Shown here piece after piece: positions 1 to 10,204 of a stretch of 64,000 bases of DNA. Each line of letters begins with the position of its first letter. Positions within the stretch are counted from its first letter, which is position 1. The DNA lies in contig OZ024763.1 in NCBI GenBank assembly GCA_964016885.1, positions 23,436,001 through 23,500,000 of the forward strand, read 5' to 3'. The notes under the pieces were generated by a model, which was not told the DNA's origin, did not search any database, and was given only the letters and a program-made list of their open reading frames with translations. Source of the stretch: Eledone cirrhosa. Lineage: Eukaryota. Made by a program: the position numbers and the translations under genes.

Positions 1-153
1 GTTTATGGTATAAATGGAGTCATTAGACTAATATTCTATTTAAAATAACAGAATGATTTCCAGCCTCGGATTTTAAGAATGATATAAATAAAATTGAAAA
101 TAGTAAAAGTAAATAGTGAAGATTTAGGCCAGTATATACGTATGCCCCGACGG

Positions 154-327
<174 letters not shown>

Positions 328-539
328 GCGTATGTATAAACCTTATGCATTTCTACAGTATTTTGACCAAAGACATAGGTTACTTATGTACTCCGGATGG
401 TCATGGGCACTGTCATTTTTCCAGATATTGATTATAGCCCCCCCCCACACACACACACACCCCGCGCCCGGCAGATAACCACTTTAACCACACCACTTCC
501 TTGGAGTTGACTTAAGCACTGCAGTGCAATGCAACAAAA

Positions 540-790
540 CGTCACAACTTCTGGAGTTTGCAACCGATTTTCACAAAACTTGACACATGGGCTACGTTTG
601 TTCTACAGATGAATGTGAACTCTCAGAATTGGCACATATTGGGTAGGAGACCTCTGAGGGCAGGAACCCCCTTTTGAAAAAAGCCGATGATTTTGTAAAA
701 GTATAGTTTTCAAAGCAGCACTGAAGTATTGACATAAATGGTATACACAATTGCTATTTAATATCCGAGCAACGCCGGGTACCTCTGCTA

Positions 791-792
<2 letters not shown>
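540..792 (+). mobile_element. Non-autonomous Helitron-like element, 3' part
   Basis: Ends in a GC-rich hairpin TCCGAGCAACGCCGGG (764-779), a short spacer, then CTAG|T (788-792), the canonical Helitron 3' end. The same terminus recurs at 41291-41319. 5' boundary approximate. Confidence 0.65.
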
Positions 793-834
<42 letters not shown>

Positions 835-974
835 CTATATGTGTGTGTATATATATATATATGTGTGTGTATGTGTGACAAAGCAGATTGCTGTTCTATA
901 GAAGGTGTCTTGCTCTAATAACTGCTATTTACTTCTTCCAGTTTTGCTGCTACAGACATAGTTGTGACTGCATA

Positions 975-1405
975 CCTATACTGTCACCACTACTACTACT
1001 GTCACTACTACTACTACTGTTACCCCTATTACTACTGTCACTACTACTACTGTTACCACTACTACTGTCACTACTACTGTCAATACTACTACTACTGTCA
1101 ATACTACTACTACTACTGTCACTACTACTACTGTTACCACTACTACTACTGTCACTACTACTACTACTACTGTTACCACTACTACTACTACTGGCACTAC
1201 TACTACTACTGTCACCATTACTACTACTGCCACCACTACTACTGCCTTTACTACCGTCACCCCCCCCCCCTCCATCACCATCATTGCTTCATTAGTCACC
1301 ACATGCCTCTGCCTTCTACCTGAAACCCTCGCCTTCACCCTCCTACTCTCCCAATTAACTGACCACCACCACCACCACCACCATCGTCACCACCACCAAC
1401 AACAA
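975..1405. repeat. Cryptic (CTA/CAC)n trinucleotide low-complexity repeat
   Basis: Repeated ctactactactgtca units. Confidence 0.92.
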
Positions 1406-1552
1406 AACTTTGTTTTCTTACTACAATGACTGTTGCTTGCTTCCATTTTGTCAAATATATTCATTCTATTTTTGTTGTACCTGATTTATCTCACTTGCAT
1501 ATACAGGTGACACAAACTGGCTCAAACTGAACCCCTTTTGTTACTATATTTC

Positions 1553-1840
1553 TAAAACACTGTCTATGTCATTAACCCTTTCATTACCATATTTCTAATG
1601 AAAGACACTGTCTATGTCATTAACCCTTTCATTACCATATTTCTAATGAAAGACACTGTCTATGTCTTTAACCCTTTCATTACCATATTTCTAATGAAAG
1701 ACACTGTCTATGTCTTTAACCCTTTCATTACCATATTTCTAATGAAAGACAGTGTCTTTGTCTTTAACCCTTTCATTACCATATTTCTAATGAAAGACAC
1801 TGTCTATGTCTTTAACCCTTTCATTACCATATTTCTAATG
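1553..1840 (+). repeat. 48-bp minisatellite, ~6 copies
   Basis: Unit aaagacactgtctatgtc(a/t)ttaaccctttcattaccatatttctaatg, seen as a 16-aa period in ORF 1598..1855. Confidence 0.95.
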
Positions 1841-2287
1841 ATGGAAGGTTTTTAGCTAAATATGAACATTTAACATTTTACTAATCGTATATGGATTTTA
1901 AAGAGGGTGCTGAGATATTGGTTGTAGGGAAAGAAGGGGTCAGTGTGGAGAGTTGTAGGGATATTTTCGTGGTATTGGAAAAAGGGATTTCGGAGACGAG
2001 GGGAAAGAGATTTTTTGGTGGTATTAGAAAAAAGGGATCAAAGAAAAAGGTTGCTAAGATATTTTGGTGGTAAGGAAAATAAGTGGGAAAGGAGGAAGGG
2101 ATGTAAAGGGGGGAGGGATGGGGGATTATCTAGTCAGCTGACCTTTCTTTCATCTAATTCTTGTTTAACTTGCTTATCTCTCAAATATTTAGTTTCTTTT
2201 CAAAATAGAATTGTCCATTGAAAGAGAGTTTTGTCTTCCATGTTAGCTTTTGATAAGAGGTCCCTGGCAAATATTGTCTTTTAGGGG

Positions 2288-2500
2288 ACACACACACAAA
2301 CACACACACACTGTTTCTCTCTCACACACACAGACACATGTGTCCCCTCTCTCTCTCACACACACTGTTTCTCTCTCTCTCACACACACACACTGTTTCT
2401 CTCTCACACACACACTGTTTCTCTCTCGCACACACACTGTTTCTCTCTCTCTCACACACACACACACACACTGTTTCTCTCTCTCTCACACACACACACA
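2288..2500. repeat. Compound microsatellite ctgtt(TC)n(CA)n, ~8 units
   Basis: Read directly. Confidence 0.9.
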
Positions 2501-3174
2501 TGATAAGCATAGGATTGGTGTTTGGCTTGGCAAACACCAATCCTATCTTTGCTTCATCATCATGTATGTATGTGTGCGTAAACATGCACACACACATATA
2601 TGGATATCACATGTTTATCTGTATATATATATATATGTATATATATATATGCACCCCTCTCCCGTCCCTCCATCCAAACAACACTATGACTACATCACAT
2701 TAAATATTAAAGTCTTTACTGTAATACTGCAAAATTTCACCACAATCTGTCCAGTGATTCTTTCCTGAGACATTCTAACCACATGTCCATAGTATCGCAC
2801 CTATGATCTGTTTTTAGATACTTTCTAGTCTATCATTAAAGGAAGTTAAGAGTTAAACACCAAAGAGTTGTAAACTTTCACACCAAACTAGGAAACACTG
2901 TAAACATTTGAATTAATAAGCCAATTTTAAGATATTTTCTGCTAAACTGTGACAGGATATTGAGACTTAAATAATAAAGAAATTTAATGTTTCAATATTT
3001 TTTTACAATTAGTTTTATTGAATGCAGTCATCCGAACATTATATCCTGCCATTTCTCAATGAAACTGACCAAATTTTTTCTAAAGAATGTTTATTGTATT
3101 CTTTGTTAATATATATGTGTGTATGTTTGTATATATATATATATAATGGTGACGTTGATGATGATGATATATAT

Positions 3175-3500
3175 AGCACATGGCTTCGTGGTTAGAGCAT
3201 TGGCCTTGCAATCGAAAGGTTGTGAGTTCAATTCTCAGCAGACCGGGTGATGTATTGTTTCCTTGAGCAAGACACTTTATTTCACATTGCTCCAGTTTAC
3301 TCAGCTGTAGAAACGAGATGATAGGGACTGGGGTCCCTATCATTCCACTGCAAAGTTGTCGTGGAGGTGCTACGGAAAAAAAGCACCCAGCACTCACTGT
3401 AAATGAGGTTGGTGTTAAGAAGGGCATCCAGAATCAGTTCCCGTCCCACCCTTGCAAGCAGAGAACAGCGGACGTAAAATGAAATGATGATGATGAATGA
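3175..3500 (+). mobile_element. tRNA-derived SINE with an RTE-LINE-derived 3' tail
   Basis: A box TGGCTTCGTGG, B box GAGTTCAATTC, central ccttgagcaagacacttta. The tail ggttggtgttaagaagggcatccag...ggacgtaaa(atg)n matches the RTE 3' UTR at 35449-35593. Confidence 0.85.
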
Positions 3501-3647
3501 TGATATCATCATCATCATTGTGTTTAACTTCCACTTTCCCTGCTCTCTCTCTCTCTCCCTCTCTCTCTCTCTCTATATATATATATAAAAACGTTAACAC
3601 ACACATGCACACATATATGCATACACTATATATATATATATATATAA

Positions 3648-3866
3648 CAAAGGAGGTGTGGTAAGGAACCAGGTGGACCATAACGCACCAGAGTACTCAA
3701 TACTTAGTGTAGTAGAGTGGGTAATAGGAAAATGTTTAACCCTGACGGTAGAGCTCAAGCCGTTTCGACGGCTATTTCTGGACTCCAGAAATAGCCATCT
3801 ACTACTCTAAGTATTGAGTACTCTGGTGCATTATGGTCCACCTGCTTCCCTACCACACCTCCTTCA
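3648..3866. mobile_element. Palindromic element with the 3' half of a hammerhead (minus strand) in its spacer
   Basis: Arms ~3651-3716 and ~3798-3863 are inverted. The spacer reverse complement is a 13-bp hairpin + gtc GAAAC GG..CC GTC. Same family as 37701-37890. Flanked by (TA)n. Confidence 0.7.
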
Positions 3867-3967
3867 TTATATATATATATATATATATCTATGTATGTAT
3901 ACAAAAGATACATACACACACACACACATAGAGAGAGATATGCGCATGCATATATATATATATGTAT

Positions 3968-4375
3968 ATATAGCCAAGAATAAGTGACTATATTTAGCTT
4001 TTGTTCTAGAAAAGGCCTTTGACAGAGTACTTTGATCCATTATCTGGTGGTCCTTAAGGAAATTAGGTGTAGAAGAATGGCTTATGAGAGCAGTGCAAGC
4101 CATGTGTAGAGAATCTGTCAGTAAAGTGAGAGTAGTGAGTTTAGTGAGAAATTCAAGGTACAGGTAGGAGTTCATCAAGGTTCAGTTCTTAGCCCACTGC
4201 TGTTCATCATAGTTCTCCAAGCCATAACAGAGGAGTTTAAAATGGGCTGCCCATGGGAACTTCTCTATGCAGATGATTTGGTCCTTATAGCCGAATCCAG
4301 TAAAGAACTAGAAAATATGTTCCAGTTATGGAGTCAAAAGGTTTGAGAGTAAACAGCCAAAACTAAAGTAGATTT
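3968..4375 (+). pseudogene. Degenerate RTE LINE reverse transcriptase fragment
   Basis: Translates, with stops and frameshifts, to LYLAFV..EKAFDRV..SIIWWSLRKLGVEEWL..VGVHQGSVLSPLLFIIVLQAITEEFK.GCPWELLYADDL, matching ORF 33642..34724. Confidence 0.92.
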
Positions 4376-4379
4376 GATA

Positions 4380-4545
4380 TTATGTGAGATAAAGCCTTTT
4401 CCATGAAAATACAATAGTATATATAGAGTAATGTAAATGTTATGTGAGATATTATATGATGTAAAGCCTTTACTATGAAAATACAATAGTATATATAGAG
4501 TAATGTGAGATAAAGACTTTACTGTGAAAATATAATAGTATATAG
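4380..4545 (+). repeat. Short degenerate tandem repeat, ~3 copies
   Basis: Recurring atgtgagata...tgaaaatacaatagtatatataga. Confidence 0.7.
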
Positions 4546-4562
4546 AAAGAATAAAAGAAGGT

Positions 4563-4775
4563 AGTGCCCCAGCATGGCCACTGAAACCAGTAAATAATAT
4601 AAAAAGGGGGTGCCCCAGCATGGCCATAGTCTAAGGGTTGAAACCAGTGCCCCAGCATGGCCATAGTCTAAGGGTTGAAACCAGTGCCCCAGTATGGCCA
4701 CAGTCTAATGATTAAAACCAATAAAACAAGAATACAAAGCAGTGCCCCAGCATGGCCCTAGTCTGATGCCTGAAA
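4563..4775 (+). repeat. ~37-bp tandem of gtgccccagcatggcca, 5 copies, probably an amplified SINE tail
   Basis: Motif at ~4564, 4610, 4646, 4684 and 4742. Confidence 0.85.
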
Positions 4776-4891
4776 GCAATCGACCACGTCAGAGGCATTG
4801 GGGCGAGAAAGAGGTGACCCCTGCTATTAAGCTATGTATAATTATATCTATTTTAAAACGGTTGTTCTGGGCTATAAGTAGGTATTAACGC

Positions 4892-5271
4892 CATCATCAT
4901 CATTATCAACACCACTACTACCACCATCACCACCACCACCACCACCATCACCACCAACACTACTACCACCATCACCACCACTATCATCACCACCACCACC
5001 ATCACTATCAACACCACCACCACTACTACCACCAACACCACTATCGCCACCACCACCACCACCACTACCACCACCACCATCACCACCACTATCATCACCA
5101 CCACCACCATCACTATCAACACCACCACCACTACTACCACCAACACCACCACCACCACCACCACCACTACCACCACCACTATCACCACCACCACCATCAC
5201 CACTATCATCACCACTATCATTACCACCACCACCACCACCACTATCATCAACACCACCACCACTATCATCA
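4892..5271. repeat. (CAC/CAT/TAC)n low-complexity repeat
   Basis: Read directly. Confidence 0.95.
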
Positions 5272-5449
5272 GTGATGGTGGTTGTGTGGTGTTGGTGGTG
5301 GAGGAGGGGGTGGGTTAGTCCTCCATTTGGTTATCTCATTACATACCTGCATCAGGTAAGAAGAAAGCTGTCTTTGGTTACTCTGAAGTTTAAAGGTGGC
5401 GCTCCTTGCATTCCGATGAAGGGTAGGGGTGGTGGAGAGGGGGCAGTTA

Positions 5450-5727
5450 GTGTGAGGTGGTGTGTGTGAGAGGGGCAATTGGAGGGAGAGAGAGTGGTGG
5501 TGTGGGAGAGAGAGAGAGTGGTGTGTGAGAGAGAGAGGGGGAGTGGTGTGTGTGTGAGAGAGAGATGGGGAGAGAGAGTGGTGGTGTGTGAGAGAGAGAG
5601 GGAGTAGTGTGTGAGAGAGAGAGAGTGGTGGTGTGTGAGAGGGAGAGAGAGAGGGAGTGGTGTGTGAGAGAGAGAGGGGGAGAGAGAGAGGGAGTGGGAT
5701 GGAGGTGGAGGGTGAGAGAGAGAGAGA
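5450..5727. repeat. Compound (GA)n/(GT)n microsatellite
   Basis: Read directly. Confidence 0.9.
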
Positions 5728-5847
5728 TCAACTTGGCTAGTTAAATGTATCTTTTTCTATCCACCTACATATAATTATATATATATATATAAACGGAAAA
5801 AATGAAACGAAATTTCATTTCCCACTCTTAGTACGGCTGTTACTTAA

Positions 5848-6322
5848 ATATAAGTATGTATACGTACATACATATATGTATACAGACGTACAGTAGTATG
5901 TATATATATATATACATACATGCACACATATATATATGTACGTATGGATTCACCGAACATTTATTATAATGCTCGGTGTGTTTGTAAACAAACATCCCGT
6001 ATTAAGCCGTAGTGTCCAGCAACCATCGTTGCTCGTTTGTTCAACACTGACAAAGGAACGCTGTACTAGTTTCAAGCTTATTAGCTATCGTCAGCAACGT
6101 ATACCTTCCAACGTATAGCGTTCCTTTGTCAGTGTTGAACAAACGAGCAACGATGGTTACTAGACACTATGGCTTAATACGGGATGTTTGTTTACAAACA
6201 CACCGAGCATTATAATAAATGTTCGGTGAATCCATACGTACATATATATATGTGTGCATGTATGTATATATATATACATAATACTGTACGTCTGTATACA
6301 TATATGTATGTACGTATACATA

Positions 6323-6330
<8 letters not shown>
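5848..6330. repeat. Long inverted repeat, arms ~215 bp, spacer ~48 bp
   Basis: 5848-6066 is the reverse complement of ~6113-6330 with a few substitutions. Both arms give the same ORF text. Confidence 0.95.
6059..6099 (-). ncRNA. Minimal type I hammerhead ribozyme
   Basis: Reverse complement: cgttg CTGACGA t-agct-aata-agct-t GAAAC ta GTA cagcg. Stem I cgttg/cagcg, palindromic stem III ACTAGT. Confidence 0.85.
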
Positions 6331-6357
<27 letters not shown>

Positions 6358-6519
6358 CAAAATATTAACAAATGAAGATATTCACATAATCAAAATATAT
6401 GCTTTATTATATATATTTCGAAGGTACTGTGTTGTTTTTTCAGTACGTCCTCGTCAGATAAAATATATGATTTGATATATGGTTCATTGAGTGATCAATG
6501 AACCATATTAATCTTTGGT

Positions 6520-6563
<44 letters not shown>

Positions 6564-6714
6564 TATATAACAAAAATTAAATTAAGGATGTCATGTCTGA
6601 GAAACATGTGCCATAACTTCTGTAGAATATGCTCAAAGATTCCAATAAATAGATCCGAGCATTTATATCAACTAGAAATCGATATATATATATATAGAGT
6701 AATAAATATATATA

Positions 6715-6872
6715 GAGTAAATAAATTTGAAGACTAAAATCCAAAGAGGGCTTGATAAGGATAAATATATGTCAAATATATAAGAACCGTAGAGCAAATA
6801 TTTATTAAAATAACAGATTAAAGTTTAAGCAAAGAATCGCTGCTTTCACCCTTAGTGGAATCTTCTGAAACT
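6715..6872 (-). mobile_element. Dispersed element beginning with a CAGAAGA-core hammerhead motif (6822-6872)
   Basis: Homologous to 8220-8390 and 46534-46700. Reverse complement: agttt CAGAAGA t-tcc-actaa-ggg-t GAAAGCA..TGCTT aaact. Confidence 0.75.
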
Positions 6873-7144
6873 AACAAAGTCAATCTGTGAACGCAGAAGT
6901 GAATATTTCAAAAAACGTTGCAACCGGAGGAAGACAGGAAGACGATACTTTGGTTCGTGGAAACGTTCCCTGGCAAAGAACGGGAAAAAACGAATATAAT
7001 ACGTCATTATTTGGAGCAGTGAAAAGCAATTACATGCGACGACAAAGCCACGTTTATGGTATAAAAGAAGTCGTAGACTAATGTTCTAATATTTTAATAA
7101 ATATATATAAATATATAAATATATATATATATAAATATATATAT

Positions 7145-7535
7145 GGAGGCACATGGCTTAGTGGTTAGAGCATTGACCTTGCAATCGAAAGGTTGTGAGT
7201 TCAATTCTCAGACCAGGTGATGTGTTGTTTCCTTGAGCAAGACACTTTATTTCACATTGCTCCAGCTTACTCAGCTGTAGAAACGAGATGATAGGGACAA
7301 CCTCATTTACAGTGAGTGCTGGGTGCTTTTTTGCCATGGCACCTCCACGACCACTTTGCAGTGGAATGATAGGGACCCCAGTCCCTATCATCTCATTTCT
7401 ACAGCTGAGTAAACTGGAGCAATGTGAAATAAAGTGTCTTGCTCAAGGAAACAACACATCACCCAGTCTGAGAATTGAACTCACAACCTTTCGATTGCAA
7501 GGCCAATGCTCTAACCACTAAGCCATGTGCCTCCA
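7145..7535. mobile_element. Two tRNA-SINE copies in tail-to-tail inverted arrangement
   Basis: 7145-7297 (+) SINE head with A/B boxes. 7298-7535 (-) is a longer copy of the same SINE as 3175-3500. Confidence 0.9.
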
Positions 7536-7605
7536 TTATGTACAAAAATATATATTATATATTAATACAGGTTAGGAGGCAAGGGTGTGTGGTTACTGAA
7601 AACGA

Positions 7606-7770
7606 AGTGTTGGAAGGTAATCAGGAGACAAAGAAGAGGAGAAAAGTTTCCCTTTGTCAGCTGTTTACTACAGATCTTGGATGTTTCGGCATTTAAAACA
7701 GTAAATGCAGAAACATCCAAGATCCGTAGTAAACAGCTGACAAAGGGAAACTTTTTTACCTTCCAACACT
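7606..7770. repeat. Palindrome centred on a hairpin flanked by GTTTC and GAAAC
   Basis: aaaagtttccctttgtcagctgtttactacagatcttggatgtttc is inverted as gaaacatccaagatccgtagtaaacagctgacaaagggaaactttt. Confidence 0.9.
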
Positions 7771-7867
7771 ATATATATATATATATATAGTTGTGTATAG
7801 TGGTAGCTATGGTGCTTCCATAGGCGGTATGCTAAAATTAGCACTCGATATTCGTCAGAGTAGAGTA

Positions 7868-8210
7868 TAGATATTATAAAGAAAACGAAAAACCAGTGAT
7901 GCATCTGGACTTAGTTTATTTTGTGTTACAAATGTTTCGCCGACATGTAGCTCGAGTCATGGTCCTTGTATGGATGTGACTGATTCTACTTCTGCGGGTT
8001 CTTTCAGACACGGGTGTTATGTCTGGAGCAAATTTTAGTCATAAAATTTGCTCCAGACGAAACACCCGTGTCTGAAAGAACCCGCAGAAGTAGAATCAGT
8101 CACATCCATACAAGGACCATGACTCGAGCTACATGTCGGCGAAACATTTGTAACACGAAATAAACTAAGTTCAGATGCATCACTGATTTTTCATTTTCTT
8201 TATAATATAT
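7868..8210. repeat. ~340-bp near-perfect palindrome with a 4-nt loop (8038-8041) and a hammerhead-like motif in each arm
   Basis: Arms are reverse complements. Right arm: cgtgt CTGAAAGA ...long insert... GAAAC attt GTA acacg (8067-8157). Confidence 0.9.
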
Positions 8211-8240
8211 ATATATTTATTTATTAAAATAACAGATTAA

Positions 8241-8291
8241 AGTTTAAGCAAAGAATCGCTGCTTTCACCCTTAACGGGATCTTCTGAAACT
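8241..8291 (-). ncRNA. Hammerhead-like motif with a CAGAAGA core
   Basis: Reverse complement: agttt CAGAAGA t-ccc-gttaa-ggg-t GAAAGCA gcgattctt TGCTT aaact. Confidence 0.7.
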
Positions 8292-8384
8292 AAAAAAATA
8301 TTTGCTCTATGGTTCTTATATATTTGATATATATTTATCCTTATTGAGCCCTCTTTGGATTTTAGTCTTCAAATTTATTATTAT

Positions 8385-8430
<46 letters not shown>

Positions 8431-8574
8431 TGCAACTCAGTTTCGAGTAATGCCATCGCTTGGTACTTAAGCTTGAGCATCACAGATGTAGCTTCCTAGA
8501 CTTGCTAGGGACTTGCCTATAGCCAGCAATATCATGCAATGCCTGTGCTTGAAGCTGCTTTTTTAAGTGAGGAA

Positions 8575-8700
8575 AGGCGTGTAGCTGAGTGGTTAGAGAA
8601 CTGGGTTCGCAATCGTGAGGTTGTCAGTTCGATTCCTGGACCGGGCGATGCGTTATGTCCTTGAGCAAGACACTTTATTTCACATTGCTCCTTCTACCTG
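8575..8700 (+). mobile_element. tRNA-derived SINE head
   Basis: A box TAGCTGAGTGG, B box GTTCGATTCC, then ccttgagcaagacactttatttcacattgctcc. Confidence 0.85.
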
Positions 8701-8952
8701 GAGTTGCGACCCATAGATAGCACTAGCAACTGGAAAGACCAACGGAAACATTATTTCCTCGGTCCAATTTGACGAAAGTCGATCGACAAAAAAAAGAAAA
8801 AGGCTTTGCACGGAGCCAATCCCACTCTCTGAATATCAAATACATTTACCCAAAAAAGAAAAAACTGGTCTAGTGAGTAGGTGTTTATTTTATGTCTCTC
8901 CTTTGTTCTGTACTACACCATCTTGTTTTTGTGTGTTGTGTGTTTAACAACT

Positions 8953-9079
8953 TTCCGGAACCAACCGACCGGAAGTTTATAATAAATTGAAGTGAAAACC
9001 AGCAGGTGCGTGTGTTTTTATTGGCAGCATGACCCTACCAAAGTATAACAATATCTGTTTCAACATACATCTTCAGAAG
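8953..9079 (-). mobile_element. Dispersed element starting with a degenerate hammerhead-like motif
   Basis: Reverse complement CTGAAGA tgtatgtt GAAAC agatatt GTT. Homologous to 35939-36060 (+). Confidence 0.6.
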
Positions 9080-9194
9080 TGTGTGTATGTTTGTATATAA
9101 AGTGTATGTATGTATAAAGTGTATGAATATATATAAAGTGTATGTGTGTATAAAATGTATGTATGTATGTGTATATAAAGTGTATGTATGAATA

Positions 9195-9714
9195 TATAAT
9201 AATAATGAAATTATTGTGTACAGTGCTCAGGTGCACTACAACTCATCAAAGGTGCATGTATAGTACATAGAATAATGTACAAATGTCAGGAAAATGAACA
9301 GTGTATGGGTCATGATATAATAATAATAACAATAATGAAATATTGTGTACAGTGCCCAGGTGCACCACAACTCATCAAAAAAGTGCATGTACAGTACATA
9401 GGGCAATGCACAAACATCAGTAAAATGAACAGTGCATGAGTCATGATACACACGTGTACATGTGTATGGAAGGGGTACATCAGGTGTAGTTTTGGCGTAT
9501 TTCGGGAAGCATGAGTGTCTTAAAGGATGCAGTGTCTCGGCAGCTAACAATTGATGCAGGCAGTTTGTTCCATGCTTCAGCAACTCTGAGCGTGAAAAAA
9601 TGTCTACGAAAGTCATGGGAGCTGTGCTGTTTTCTGATCTTGTAGGCATGTCCACGTGTGTTAGACACATGGAGATCAAAGAGGCGCTCAGGGTTGCAAT
9701 TGGCGAGATGGTTA
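9195..9714 (-). mobile_element. CR1/L2/Jockey-group LINE 3' end (ORF2 C-terminus and 3' UTR, duplicated tail)
   Basis: TRGHAYKIRK..RRHFFTLRVAEAWNKLP is the typical C-terminal motif of CR1-group ORF2. The (TTA)n-ended tail is present twice (~9197-9315 and ~9317-9445). Confidence 0.85.
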
Positions 9715-10085
9715 TGAAGTGTATGTATGTATAAAGTGTATGTATGTATGTGTATATAAAGTGTATGTATGTATAAAGTGTATGTATAAAGTGTATGTAT
9801 GTGTAAAGTGTATGTATGTATGTGTATATGAAGTGTATGTATGTATAAAGTGTATGTATGTATATGAAGTGTATGTATATATGTATGAAGTCTATGTATG
9901 TGTATATAAAGTGTATATATGTATGTGTGAAGTATACGTATGTGTATATAAAGTGTATATATGTATGTATGAAGTGTATGTATGTGTATATAAAGTGTAT
10001 ATATGTATGAATATATGAAGTGTATGTATGTATGAAGTGTGTATGTGTGTCTGTATAAAGTGTATGGAATTATATGTATGTGTAA
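9715..10085. repeat. tataaagtgtatgtatg-type minisatellite, also at 9080-9195 and interrupted by the LINE
   Basis: Read directly. Confidence 0.9.
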
Positions 10086-10204
10086 TATCACTTATATGGA
10101 GTCTAATTTAGTGTTTAGACACAAGTCAAGCTTAAGAAAGCAGAGCTATCATTAAAGTGTTCCAGTTATGACCATCCAGTCTTTTTCTATATCTATAATC
10201 CCTT

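Noticed and set aside
7145-7225. tRNA gene
   Set aside because: A/B boxes are present, but the sequence continues into a multi-copy SINE body and does not form a proper cloverleaf with an acceptor stem
5848-8210. Palindromes as sequencing fold-back artefacts
   Set aside because: Most arms differ by several substitutions and have asymmetric spacers; not fully excluded for the near-identical arms at 36195-36545
8425-8495. Minus-strand CTGTGA..GAAAC tga GTT
   Set aside because: The core is missing a base and stem I is weak
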